Assembly: GCA_041488495.1 (NCBI GenBank)
Contig: JBGPPL010000007.1
Location: forward strand, 30,855-94,854
Direction of reading: 5' to 3'
Length of the DNA stretch: 64,000 bases
Source of the DNA: Terriglobia bacterium
GTDB lineage: Bacteria; Acidobacteriota; Terriglobia; Acidiferrales; UBA7541
Under the pieces are notes generated by a model. That model was not told the DNA's origin. It ran no database searches and was given only the letters and a program-made list of their open reading frames with translations. Shown piece by piece: positions 45,335-55,300 of the stretch (position 1 is its first letter; the number at the start of each line of letters is the position of its first letter). The translations under genes and the position numbers were made by a program.

Positions 45335-46858
45335 TCAATGATTCGGCGATCTACCAGGAACATCTTCCTTTTCCTTGATGCTGCCATCCGACGATTTCCG
45401 GATCCTGTAGACTTCCAGCGCGCCGAAGGAGTAAATCCGTTCGCCGATGCCCGCGAGGGCCGCGGAAAATCTCGGGACGTCGTATGCCCAGACGTATTCG
45501 TAATCGCCCTGAACCTGTTTCCAGTCCGGCGGCTCGTCGTACACGTGATTCCAGAATCCATCCGGCGTATACGAAGGGTAAGTAATCCGCAGCGGAGTCT
45601 GGCCGGGCTCGTCCATCAAATAAGGTGAGAACCAACCCCTTCGGATCACTCCATAGGCCCAGAAATGCGTGAATGGCCGCTCGATCGGGTCCTGATCTCC
45701 TTCGACGATGGGCAATACGAGCGCGCTGGGGGGAATGGCGTCGAAGGAACGCGCGAGGCCGGCGAGTTCCGGCTGCGCGCCGGCAAAATGTTGTGTCAGG
45801 TTCACTGTCCGCACTGCGAAGAGCAGAAGCGGAATCGCAGCAAGCCATTTCGCACGCCTTCCCACGCGCGCCGTCGCGAGAATCACGACGAACAAGACTG
45901 GCAACACGCGGATATCAAGATCCGACCCTTCTCCCCACATCCAGGGGATCGCCCAGAACAAGACAAATAGGAACGCAGCGATGGCCAGCCAACGGCTATT
46001 CCAGCGAAACTCCGGATTGCGCCAGCAGGCTGCCAGAACCCACGCGCCAAGCGCCGAAAGCGAAATCCAGTCGAGCTCGGCCCAGTAGCCGTGCAGGATC
46101 ATGCCGAGCGAATCAAGCTTTTCGTAGAATCCGTGAAAGACGATCTCCTGCACACTCAAGCCGACGCGCGATGAGTGCAGGTAAAACGCCGCGCCCGGCA
46201 GCGCCAGCGCGCCACTCCAGATCCAATCGCGAAGGGGCCGCCGGTCAACCGCGAGATATGCCGCCACAACCAGTCCCGCAATACCAAATCCCAGGAGATG
46301 CGTGAAATAAAGAGCGGTGAACACCGCGAGAGCCGCAATCCAGCGAACGATGCTCGGTTTCGCAATCCAGCGCAGCCAGAGTCCGAGCGCCAGGAATCCC
46401 ACGGCGAGACTCAGGTCAAAATTCAAGAATCCCTCCAGAAAAAACACGTTGCAGGCGATCAGCAGCGTCCATAAAGCTGTCGCGTCTTCGCCGGGATTCA
46501 CTTGACGGAGAAAAAACCAGGCTGCGGCAGGCAGCACGAGAGCACAGAGGCTCAGGAATACGCGCCCCGCCGTCTCGATGGGAAACAGCCGGCCGAGGAC
46601 AGCGAGTGACGCTTCCATCCCCAGGTAGGGATACGCACCCCAGTCAGCGCGATAGAACCGACTGAAGGTAAATGCCGGATCGTTCAGATGGGCGAGAATA
46701 AACGACCGCGCCAGATGATTTGGATAGTCAAGCAGCGGTGGAAACACCCCGCTCCAGATAGGCGCCAGCAGCGCCGCGGCCAAAATCAGAATGGCAATCC
46801 ACCGCAGAATAGTGCCTGCGGGAACGGATTGCGGCGATGCGGTTTTCGGCGATTCCAT
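45335..46858 (-). CDS. Hypothetical polytopic membrane protein (about 10-12 TM) with soluble C-terminal domain
   Basis: The 507-aa ORF is hydrophobic for about 380 aa, and its first loop carries LLDYPNHLAR. The C-terminal ~120 aa are hydrophilic (YPSYTPDGFWNHVYDEPPDW). I recognise no confident family. Confidence 0.7.
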   Translation of the reverse strand: MESPKTASPQSVPAGTILRWIAILILAAALLAPIWSGVFPPLLDYPNHLARSFILAHLNDPAFTFSRFYRADWGAYPYLGMEASLAVLGRLFPIETAGRVFLSLCALVLPAAAWFFLRQVNPGEDATALWTLLIACNVFFLEGFLNFDLSLAVGFLALGLWLRWIAKPSIVRWIAALAVFTALYFTHLLGFGIAGLVVAAYLAVDRRPLRDWIWSGALALPGAAFYLHSSRVGLSVQEIVFHGFYEKLDSLGMILHGYWAELDWISLSALGAWVLAACWRNPEFRWNSRWLAIAAFLFVLFWAIPWMWGEGSDLDIRVLPVLFVVILATARVGRRAKWLAAIPLLLFAVRTVNLTQHFAGAQPELAGLARSFDAIPPSALVLPIVEGDQDPIERPFTHFWAYGVIRRGWFSPYLMDEPGQTPLRITYPSYTPDGFWNHVYDEPPDWKQVQGDYEYVWAYDVPRFSAALAGIGERIYSFGALEVYRIRKSSDGSIKEKEDVPGRSPNH

Positions 46859-46867
46859 GTCGCGAAC

Positions 46868-48127
46868 CTACCGCGCGATCCAGAGCAACGGGAGCAAGCC
46901 CAGCGCGGTCAGACTGAGCAGCAGGATCAAACTCTGTTTTCCTGTCTTCGAGTCGGCGAGCACCACGGCGATCAACGCTTTTGCAAAATTGTTGCTCACT
47001 GCCGCGACCACCACGCCCGCCGCGGCGAGGTCCAATGAGCTCAGTTTTCCCGCAGTCTGCGTGAGCCCCATGATGAATGGGTCCACCGGCGCGAGGCCCG
47101 AGAGCACTGCCAGCCCGTAGATTCCGCCGCGGCCGAAATGGACGAGCGCAAAATGCGTCGCCACGAGCATCACGACAAACACAATGGCCAGCGAAAATGC
47201 AGACGCAAGTTCCAGCGGATTTTTCGTCAGATACCCGGCCTCCGCTCTTCCTTCGGCTCCGTTCGGCAAATTGGACCACGCCCAGCCGCCCGCCACGCCA
47301 ATGGCTCCCAGCACAAGAAACGGAAGCAGGAGGCGACGCATGAGTTCGGTGTTGAAAAAACCGATCAGTACAAGAAACCGAAAATACATCGCGCCCGATG
47401 CAATCAGAATTCCTCCGGAGTAGGAGTGCGGCGTTTTCGCCGCCCGCGCGCGCTTTGCCATCACAAACGTCGTGAAGGTGGAGGAATACGCGCCGCCCAG
47501 CAGCGCCGCCAGCCTCACGCCGCCTTTTCTTTTTGACAATTTCTCCAGCAAGTAGCTGCCGTAGGACACGCCGCTGATTGCCACAACGACCAGCCAGGCC
47601 TTGAATGGGTTCACGGCAAACGGCGTGTACTCCCTGTCTGGCACAATGGGAAGAATGACGCACGTCAGAAGAAGGAATTTCGTGAAGGTGAAGATCTCTT
47701 CGCCAGGAATCTTGGTCGCAAGGTTCTCGAGGAAATCCTTCAGCTCGAGCAAGAGCATGGCAAGAATGGCGAGTGTCGTGGCGATCCAGAATTGGTCGCG
47801 CGATACCAGGGCACCGACCACATATGTGGCCAGCCCCGACATTTCCGTGGTCACTCCAGCTTCTTCGTAAGTTTGCAGCTTGTGCCGGTACGACAGCCAA
47901 AGGAACGCTCCGATCACTCCAAAGCCGACGGTAAGTGGCAGGAGTTGTCCTCCCGAAAGCAGCGCCATCGAATAACCGATCAGCCCGATCAGAGGAAATG
48001 CGCGAACCCCACCGAAGCTATACCTTCGGCCGGCCTGCGCGGACGCCCGGTGTTCTTCGCGCTCAAGCCCGATCAGAAAGCACAAGAAAAGTGTCAGGAT
48101 GATCTTGACGCCTTCCGGCGGAAACAT
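46868..48127 (-). CDS. MgtC/SapB-family membrane protein fused to a DUF4010-like membrane domain
   Basis: The ORF 46868..48211 was trimmed to M29 (MFPPEGVKIILTLFLCFLIGLEREEH), which carries the MgtC signature GLERE. The rest is a long multi-TM C-terminal part. 48211 remains an alternative start. Confidence 0.75.
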   Translation of the reverse strand: MFPPEGVKIILTLFLCFLIGLEREEHRASAQAGRRYSFGGVRAFPLIGLIGYSMALLSGGQLLPLTVGFGVIGAFLWLSYRHKLQTYEEAGVTTEMSGLATYVVGALVSRDQFWIATTLAILAMLLLELKDFLENLATKIPGEEIFTFTKFLLLTCVILPIVPDREYTPFAVNPFKAWLVVVAISGVSYGSYLLEKLSKRKGGVRLAALLGGAYSSTFTTFVMAKRARAAKTPHSYSGGILIASGAMYFRFLVLIGFFNTELMRRLLLPFLVLGAIGVAGGWAWSNLPNGAEGRAEAGYLTKNPLELASAFSLAIVFVVMLVATHFALVHFGRGGIYGLAVLSGLAPVDPFIMGLTQTAGKLSSLDLAAAGVVVAAVSNNFAKALIAVVLADSKTGKQSLILLLSLTALGLLPLLWIAR

Positions 48128-48431
48128 TTGTAGAAGCTTATCCGTCACAGATTTTTTCCCGGCGGCAGCGCCGCGGTTCCCTCGATGCTCTTGTGCTCGT
48201 GCCTGGAGCACCTTGCTGCCACCGCGAGACTACCGAGATTTGCAAGTAAACTCAATCACCGTCGCACCTGCATCGTGCCTTCGGTAGAGCCGGCATCTTG
48301 CCGGCTCTGGTGGTCTTGCTTATGGGAGCAAAAGGCCGGCCCATCCCGCGTCAGGACGAGAGGGACGCCGGCGCTACTGGGAAGAGTTCCGAAACTTGAA
48401 ATCGGAGAGTCGGGTTGCTACGTTTCAGGTT

Positions 48432-49053
48432 ATGAAATGGTTTCTGCCACCTCTGTTCGCGCTCGTTCTGGCAACATCCGCCGCTGCCCAAAACCAGGCT
48501 CCGGCTCAGATCCCGCAAAAAACAAAAGACCTCGACATGCCGGGCAATCAGCCATGGACCGACACAGGGGTGGATTTACAAGCGGGCCAGACGATCACGA
48601 TCACAGCGACGGGAAAACTCCAATACATGGACGGCAACTCCCCCGGGCCTGCTCGCGCAGATTCCGCGGCGCATCGCCGACAAAGACTGCAATCCCGGTG
48701 ACGTGGTCAACTTCCTCCTCATCGGCTCAGAAGAACAGGTGAAGGCGGCGTTCCAGGCAGCGGGCAGCCTCTGTGGGTGGGAGCGGCGACGCACGACATG
48801 GGACTCGAGCGCGACCAGCGCAACCGCAAGCTCACCCACCACATCGACCCCAACGTGGACGACGAACGCGATTTCGTCAGCCGCAGCCTCACCGGAAGCG
48901 GGTACGTGACACAACATGCGAACGCCATGCCGCGCGATCCAAATCAAGGATGAGAATACGGCCACCGGCGGCAGCTTCCATTCGAACGGTGAAGTCCTCG
49001 TCCTCGGGCTCAATTACAATGAATCGCGCAAATCCTCGCTGCAACTCCAATAG
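48432..49053 (+). pseudogene. Decayed LssY-C-terminal-like secreted protein gene (frameshifts plus internal deletion)
   Basis: Three reading frames carry consecutive pieces. The first is the signal peptide MKWFLPPLFALVLATSAAAQ...GKLQYMDGNSPGP. The second is LAQIPRRIADKDCNPGDVVNFLLIGSEEQVKAAFQAAGS. The third is LWVGAATHDMGLERDQRNRKLTHHIDPNVDDERDFVSRSL...RDP. A fourth piece follows after another shift: QIKDENTATGGSFHSNGEVLVLGL... Confidence 0.6.
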
Positions 49054-49244
49054 ATCATTTGATGAACTGTCGCGCACTTAAACCAGCAGAACCTTAGGAG
49101 CCTGGAAATGAAAATCACATGCAATTGGAGCGTATTTATGTTATCTGAGAATGTCCGGACGGTAATTTCTGGACCCAACCAGTTTCCGGATTAAGGGATA
49201 CCCTCTGAGAAGCCAGCAAAGGAAAACGAAAGGAGTCCCCCCCG

Positions 49245-49772
49245 ATGCCTGAGAAATCCGCAGCTGCAGTTCAAACGGCGCCTTCCCGGCCGCCCGTGAA
49301 GGCCGCCAAAATCGAGAGTAGTTTGGAACGCATGGAACACTTGTACAACACCATCTCGCGCCGGGCTTTCGAACTGTTTGAGAAAGAGGGCCGGGTCGAT
49401 GGGCAGGATCTGAGCCATTGGCTGGAAGCCGAACGCGAATTTCTGCACCCCGTGCATATTCGAATGGAAGAAACCGATGGAGAATTCGTGGTGCGCGCCG
49501 AAGTCCCGGGCTTCACGGCAAACGACATTGAGATCAATGTCGAACTCCGGCGTGTGACTATCACCGGCAAACGCGAATCGAAACAGGAAAACAAACAGGG
49601 TGGAGCCGTCTACACCGAGCAATGTTCGGATGAGATTTTCCGGACAATGGAGCTGCCCGCGGATGTGAACGTAGGGAAGGTCACTGCGACGGTCAAGGAC
49701 GGCGTCCTCGACATCCATCTCCCTAAGACCCAGACAACGAAATCTACCGGCGTTGGGCCACAGGCCGCGTGA
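49245..49772 (+). CDS. Hsp20/alpha-crystallin family small heat shock protein
   Basis: The 175-aa ORF has the alpha-crystallin domain FVVRAEVPGFTANDIEINVELRRVTITGKRE...FRTMELPADVNVGKVTATVKDGVLDIHLPK. An AAGGAG Shine-Dalgarno sequence lies upstream. Confidence 0.92.
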   Translation: MPEKSAAAVQTAPSRPPVKAAKIESSLERMEHLYNTISRRAFELFEKEGRVDGQDLSHWLEAEREFLHPVHIRMEETDGEFVVRAEVPGFTANDIEINVELRRVTITGKRESKQENKQGGAVYTEQCSDEIFRTMELPADVNVGKVTATVKDGVLDIHLPKTQTTKSTGVGPQAA

Positions 49773-49807
49773 GTCACCGCTTCCTAAAGCTCCGAACGAC
49801 GGGGCAG

Positions 49808-49852
49808 GCCGGTCAGCCAATCGAGAATCGAGGCTGACCGGCACGCTTTCTC
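49808..49852 (+). terminator. Rho-independent terminator candidate after the hsp20 gene
   Basis: The perfect 11-bp stem gccggtcagcc/ggctgaccggc has a 13-nt loop and is followed by acgctttctc. Confidence 0.5.
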
Positions 49853-50038
49853 ATCCCACGGCGTGACCTGCGCTCGATTCTCGCCCGATCCTTCGATATC
49901 CTTAATTCACTGCCTCTCAGTTTAATTTGCTCGTCCGTCCACGACGGCTCTGGAAACGGAAGCCGTAGGAAAGTCCCTCGCCTTTCCGTCAAATTAATTG
50001 TAAATTCAGCTGGCTCTAGCAGAAGTGGAGGGATCGAA

Positions 50039-50893
50039 ATGAAATCACCAAGCCTGAAGGCGTTCGCGGTTGTATTTACCTTTCTGACGCTGACCGGAGC
50101 AATGACGGCATTAGCCCAGACGAAACGTGACGAGGCCTGGGAGATTCTTCTCGTCAATGTGAATGAAAAAGAAACGGGGAAGCGTGTGCAATCGGTACGT
50201 GTACTCGGTCTTTTGCCGGGAGATCCTCGAGCCCTGGAACTCGCGCAAAAAGCGGCGGCAGATGAAAAGCCAGAGGTGAGAGCGGCGGCCGCGACTGCTC
50301 TGGGCCAAATCCATGCAAGATCGTCCGTGCCGATCTTGCATAAATTGCTGTCCGATAGCGAGCCGTCAGTCGCTCTTGCCGCTGCCAGTGCTTTGATCGC
50401 GTTCAAAGATCCCGGCGCGTACGATGTGTATTACGAGTTTCTCACCGGCGAACGCAGAACCGGCAAGGGCTTGATCGCGGAACAGATGAAGACACTGAAG
50501 GATCCGAAGAAGTTGGCGGAGCTCGGCGTGGAGGAAGGGATCGGGTTCATCCCGTTTGCAGGTATCGGCCTCTCCGCGTTCAAGACCTTGCGGGCCGACG
50601 ACGTCTCGCCCGTCCGCGCCGCTGCGGCGAAAATGCTCGCCAATGATCCTGATCCAGAAAGCGGCCGCGCTCTCGTCAAAGCAACTTCCGACAAGAGCTG
50701 GGTTGTGAGGACGGCGGCACTCGAAGCAATCGCCAAGCGCGGAGATCCTCAGCTGCTCGACGGAATCTTCCCCGCAATGGCCGACGACAACACTTCCGTC
50801 CGCTGCACCGCAGCCGCCGCTGTCATCCGTCTTTCAACCCTAGCTGCTGCGAAAATGGCGAAGGAAAAGGGTACGAACTCAAATGCCAAATGA
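50039..50893 (+). CDS. Secreted HEAT-repeat protein
   Basis: The 284-aa ORF has a signal peptide (MKSPSLKAFAVVFTFLTLTGAMTALA). It has repeated PEVRAAAATALG, PSVALAAASAL, SPVRAAAAKML, SWVVRTAALEAI and TSVRCTAAAAV units. Confidence 0.75.
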   Translation: MKSPSLKAFAVVFTFLTLTGAMTALAQTKRDEAWEILLVNVNEKETGKRVQSVRVLGLLPGDPRALELAQKAAADEKPEVRAAAATALGQIHARSSVPILHKLLSDSEPSVALAAASALIAFKDPGAYDVYYEFLTGERRTGKGLIAEQMKTLKDPKKLAELGVEEGIGFIPFAGIGLSAFKTLRADDVSPVRAAAAKMLANDPDPESGRALVKATSDKSWVVRTAALEAIAKRGDPQLLDGIFPAMADDNTSVRCTAAAAVIRLSTLAAAKMAKEKGTNSNAK

Positions 50894-50917
50894 TCGGAGC
50901 ACAGTTTCGCGGGAGGC

Positions 50918-52333
50918 TTAGCCGAGGCTAGAACTCCCCATAAGGTACTTGTCAACGGAGATAGCGGCTTTGCGGCCTTCCGAGATCGCCCACACAACGA
51001 GCGACTGGCCGCGGCGCATATCGCCGGCCGCAAAAACACCGGGAACAGAAGTCATGTAATCCGCGCCTGTGGCGATATTGCTGCGCGCATCGAGGTTCAC
51101 GCCGAACTGTTCGATCATGCCCTGCTTCACGGGGCCGGTGAAGCCCAGGGCCAGCAGGACGAGATCCACATCCATTGTGAACTCCGTGCCGGGCATGGGC
51201 TCAAACTTGGGCGGCGGGCCGACACGGATGGCATGCAGCTGCTTCACGTTCACGTTCTCGTCGCCTGTGAACTTGGTGGTATTCAGCGCCCAGTCCCGCA
51301 AGCCGCCTTCTTCATGCGCGCCTTCCGTGCGCAACTGCAGCGGCCACAAAGGCCAGGGAGTGCTGGGGGAGCGGTCCTGCGGCGGCATGGGCATGATTTC
51401 GAACTGGTGTATAGATTTCGCTTTTTGGCGATGGCATGTGCCCAGGCAGTCCGCGCCGGTGTCGCCCCCGCCGATAATCACCACGCGCTTGCCCGTGGCA
51501 AGAATTTGATCCGGCACTGTGTCCCCGGCGCCGCGCTTGTTTTGCTGAGGCAGGAACTGCATGGCGAAATAAATCCCCTTGAGTTCCCGTCCAGGAACGT
51601 TCAAGTCGCGCGGATTTTCAGCCCCTCCGGACAGCACGACAGCGTCGAATTCTTTGCGAAGGTCTTGCGCGGGAATATTCCCGCCCACGTGGGCTCGCGT
51701 CTGAAATTGAACGCCCTCTGCCGTCATCTGATCCAACCGCCGGTCCAGAACATGCTTTTCCAGCTTGAAGTCAGGAATGCCATAGCGCAGCAGGCCGCCG
51801 ACGCGGTCCGCCTTTTCAAAGACCGTGACCGCATGGCCGGCGCGATTTAATTGCTGAGCGGCCGCAAGACCGGATGGGCCAGAGCCTACGACAGCGATTC
51901 GCTTGCCCGTGCGCGTTTCGGGAAGTTCGGGCTGGATCCATCCTTCTTCCCAGGCCCGCTCCACGATCGTTTTTTCGATGACTTTGATCGTGACGGGCGG
52001 TTCGCTGATGCCGAGGACGCAGGCCGCTTCGCAGGGCGCCGGGCAGATGCGCCCGGTGAACTCCGGAAAATTGTTGGTGGAATGCAGCACCCGGATCGCT
52101 TCCTTCCAGTGATCGCGATAAACCAGGTCGTTCCAATCCGGAATGATGTTGGTCACAGGGCAGCCGGTGTGGCAGAAGGGAATGCCGCAATCCATGCAGC
52201 GCGCGGCCTGCACGCGCACCTTTTCTTCCGAAAACGGCTGATAGACCTCGAAATAGTCGTGGACGCGCTCCGCGACCGGGCGGCGCGCCGGCATCTCGCG
52301 GGTATATTCCTTAAACCCTGTCACCTTACCCAC
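50918..52333 (-). CDS. gltD: Glutamate synthase (NADPH) small subunit
   Basis: The 471-aa ORF has the Fe-S motifs [11 protein letters not shown]...GCP and CPAPCEAAC. The dinucleotide folds are [12 protein letters not shown] and [11 protein letters not shown]. Confidence 0.95.
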   Translation of the reverse strand: MGKVTGFKEYTREMPARRPVAERVHDYFEVYQPFSEEKVRVQAARCMDCGIPFCHTGCPVTNIIPDWNDLVYRDHWKEAIRVLHSTNNFPEFTGRICPAPCEAACVLGISEPPVTIKVIEKTIVERAWEEGWIQPELPETRTGKRIAVVGSGPSGLAAAQQLNRAGHAVTVFEKADRVGGLLRYGIPDFKLEKHVLDRRLDQMTAEGVQFQTRAHVGGNIPAQDLRKEFDAVVLSGGAENPRDLNVPGRELKGIYFAMQFLPQQNKRGAGDTVPDQILATGKRVVIIGGGDTGADCLGTCHRQKAKSIHQFEIMPMPPQDRSPSTPWPLWPLQLRTEGAHEEGGLRDWALNTTKFTGDENVNVKQLHAIRVGPPPKFEPMPGTEFTMDVDLVLLALGFTGPVKQGMIEQFGVNLDARSNIATGADYMTSVPGVFAAGDMRRGQSLVVWAISEGRKAAISVDKYLMGSSSLG

Positions 52334-55300
52334 GGATCACCTGCCCGTGCACTTGCGTCCCGGCTCGCGCGACCAGCACGCCCGCGGGAATCCGTGGAAT
52401 GCCCAGAACACGCTTATATTCGTGTGGGAATACCTTGATGAATTTCGGGAGCGTGGCTTCCCAATTTTGCAAGATCCATTTCGCCTGCGGACTGCCGGTA
52501 ACCTCGGCGTGACGCGTGATCAGCCGATGCAGAGTTTCGACGTCCTTTGGCTCGGTTGCCTGCTCGAGGTCCACATCCGTCCGGTTGCAGCAGACGGCAA
52601 CAAATTCGCCGGTCTGGTCCAGAACGAATGCAATGCCGCCGGTCATGCCTGCTGCGAAGTTGCGCCCCGTCTTTCCCAGCACTACGACCATTCCCCTGGT
52701 CATGTACTCGCAGCCGTGGTCGCCAACGCCTTCCACGACAGCCGTGGCGCCGGAATTGCGCACGGCAAACCGTTCGCCCGCCATGCCGTTGAAAAACACT
52801 TCACCGCTGGTCGCGCCGTACAGACAAACGTTGCCGACCAGGATGTTTTCTTCCGGCACGAACCGGGAATTGCGCGGCGGGTAAATAATCAGCGTGCCGC
52901 CGGAGAGCCCCTTCCCCACATAGTCGTTGGCCTCGCCTTCGAGCGTCAGGGTCACGCCCTTGGCGAGGAACGCTCCAAAACTCTGCCCAGCGCAACCGTG
53001 GAACTGGATGCGGATGGTGTCGTCCGGCAAGCCTGCGGAGCCGTGACGTCGGGCAATTTCCCCGCTGAGCATGGCGCCGACTGTGCGGTGCACGTTTCGG
53101 ATGGGCAGGCTGAGTGAGACAGGAGTGAGATTTTCGATGGCATCGCTGGTCTGTTCAATCAGTTTTCCGTCGAGGGCATCGTCCAGACCGTGGTCCTGTG
53201 CCTGCGTGCAACGGCGTCCCACATGGCTAGGCATCGGCGGATTGTAGAGCACCGCAGACAGGTCGATCCCCTTGGCCTTCCAATGTTCGACGTCCTGGCG
53301 CTGGACTACGCAATCCACGCGGCCAATCATCTCTTCGAGTTTCCGGAAGCCAAGCTCCGCCATGATCCTGCGGAGATCCTCAGCCACGTAGAACAGGAAA
53401 TTGATCACATGCTCGGGCTGGCCCTGAAATTTCTTGCGAAGGTCCGGGTCCTGCGTCGCCACGCCCACCGGACATGTGTTCAGGTGGCATTTCCGCATCA
53501 TGATGCAGCCCATCGCAATGAGCGGCGTCGTGGCAAATCCAAACTCTTCCGCACCGAGCAACGCCGCGACCGCAACGTCCCGGCCGGTTTGCAGTTTGCC
53601 GTCCACTTGCAAACGCACGCGGCTGCGCAGGTCGTTCATCACCAGGACCTGCTGAGTCTCCGAAAGTCCGAGTTCCCAGGGGACGCCGGCGTGCCGGATC
53701 GAGCTGATGGGCGAAGCGCCGGTCCCGCCATCGTAGCCGCTGATCAGGATGACGTCGGCATGGGCCTTCGCCACGCCCGCGGCCACCGTTCCTACTCCCA
53801 CTTCGGCAACGAGCTTTACCGAGATCCGCGCCTTCGGATTGACGTTCTTCAAGTCATAGATGAGCTGCGCCAGGTCCTCAATCGAATAAATATCGTGGTG
53901 AGGAGGCGGGGAAATCAGCCCCACTCCGGGGATCGAATGGCGTATGCGGGCAATGAAATCATCTACTTTGTGACCCGGCAACTGGCCGCCTTCTCCCGGC
54001 TTGGCGCCCTGCGCGATCTTGATCTGCAAATCATCCGCATTGATCATGTAATTGGTCGTAACGCCAAAGCGGGCCGAGGCCACCTGTTTGATCGCGCTGC
54101 GGCGCGAATCGCCATTCGCGTCGGGATGGAAGCGGGCCTCATCCTCTCCGCCCTCGCCGGTGTTGGACTTCCCGCCGATGCGGTTCATCGCAATCGCCAG
54201 AGTCTCGTGCGCTTCCTTGCTGATCGAGCCGAACGACATGGCGCCGGTCGCAAAGCGCTTCACGATCTCAGCGGCGGGCTCGACTTCTTCGAGGGGAACG
54301 GCGGCTCCGGCCGGCTTGAACTCGAACATGCCGCGGAGCATCTGGAGATCGCGGTTTTGCTGGTTCACGATCTCCGCGAACTCGCGGAAGGTCTCGAATT
54401 TCGACTGCCGCACCGCCTGCTGCAGCTTGCTGATCGTCGTGGGATTCAGCTGGTGCCGTTCACCACGCACGCGGAACTGATATTCACCGCCGACCCGGAG
54501 TTCCGTGTCGGATTCATGCGGCGGCTGCATCGCAAACTGATGCTTCATGAGCGCTTCGCGAGCCAGCACTTCAATGCCGATGCCTTCGATTCGCGAGGAG
54601 GTGCCGGTAAAGTATTTCTCGATGAGCGAGCGGTTCAAACCAATCGCTTCAAAGATCTGCGCACCCTGGTAACTTTGCAGGGTGGAAATTCCCATCTTGG
54701 AGAATGTCTTCAGAAGACCCTTGTCGATCGCCTTCATGTAGCTTTTGAAAACCTTGTCCCACGTGTAGTCGGGCGGGAAGGCGCCGTCCCTGTGACGGTC
54801 CTCCAGCGTCTCGATTGCAAGATACGGGTTCACGGCGCTCGCGCCATAGCCCAGCAGCAGCGCAAAGTGCATCACTTCCCGCGGCTCGCCGGATTCGACG
54901 ATCAGAGCCACCTGGTTACGCGTCTTCTCGCGAATCAGATGGTTGTGAACCGCCGAGAGCGCCAGCAGGCTGGGAATCGGCGCATACTCTTCGTCCACGC
55001 CCCGGTCGGACAGAATCAGCAACGTATAGCCGGACTTGATCGCCAGAGAAGCGCGGCGGCAGAGCGTTTCAATTGCTCGCTCGAGTTGATTCTCGTCCCC
55101 GTTCACGCGGAACAGCATCGGCAGGCTGGTGGCAAGGAAATCACCCCAGCTCACCCGGCGCAGCTTCTCCAGTCTCCAGTTGGAAATGACCGGATGACGC
55201 AGCTTCAGCGTGTGGCAGTTCTTCGGCGTCTCGTCGAGGATGTTCCCTTCACTTCCGATGTAGCAGTTGAGCGACATCACCAGCCCTTCGCGAATTGAAT

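Noticed and set aside
49054-49244. I looked for heat-shock control elements upstream of the hsp20 gene: CIRCE, HAIR, a sigma-32 promoter and a ROSE-like thermometer.
   Set aside because: I found no match to TTAGCACTC-N9-GAGTGCTAA or CTTGAGT-N7-ACTCAAG. I found only weak -35/-10-like hexamers and a 6-bp tccgga palindrome. This is insufficient to call.
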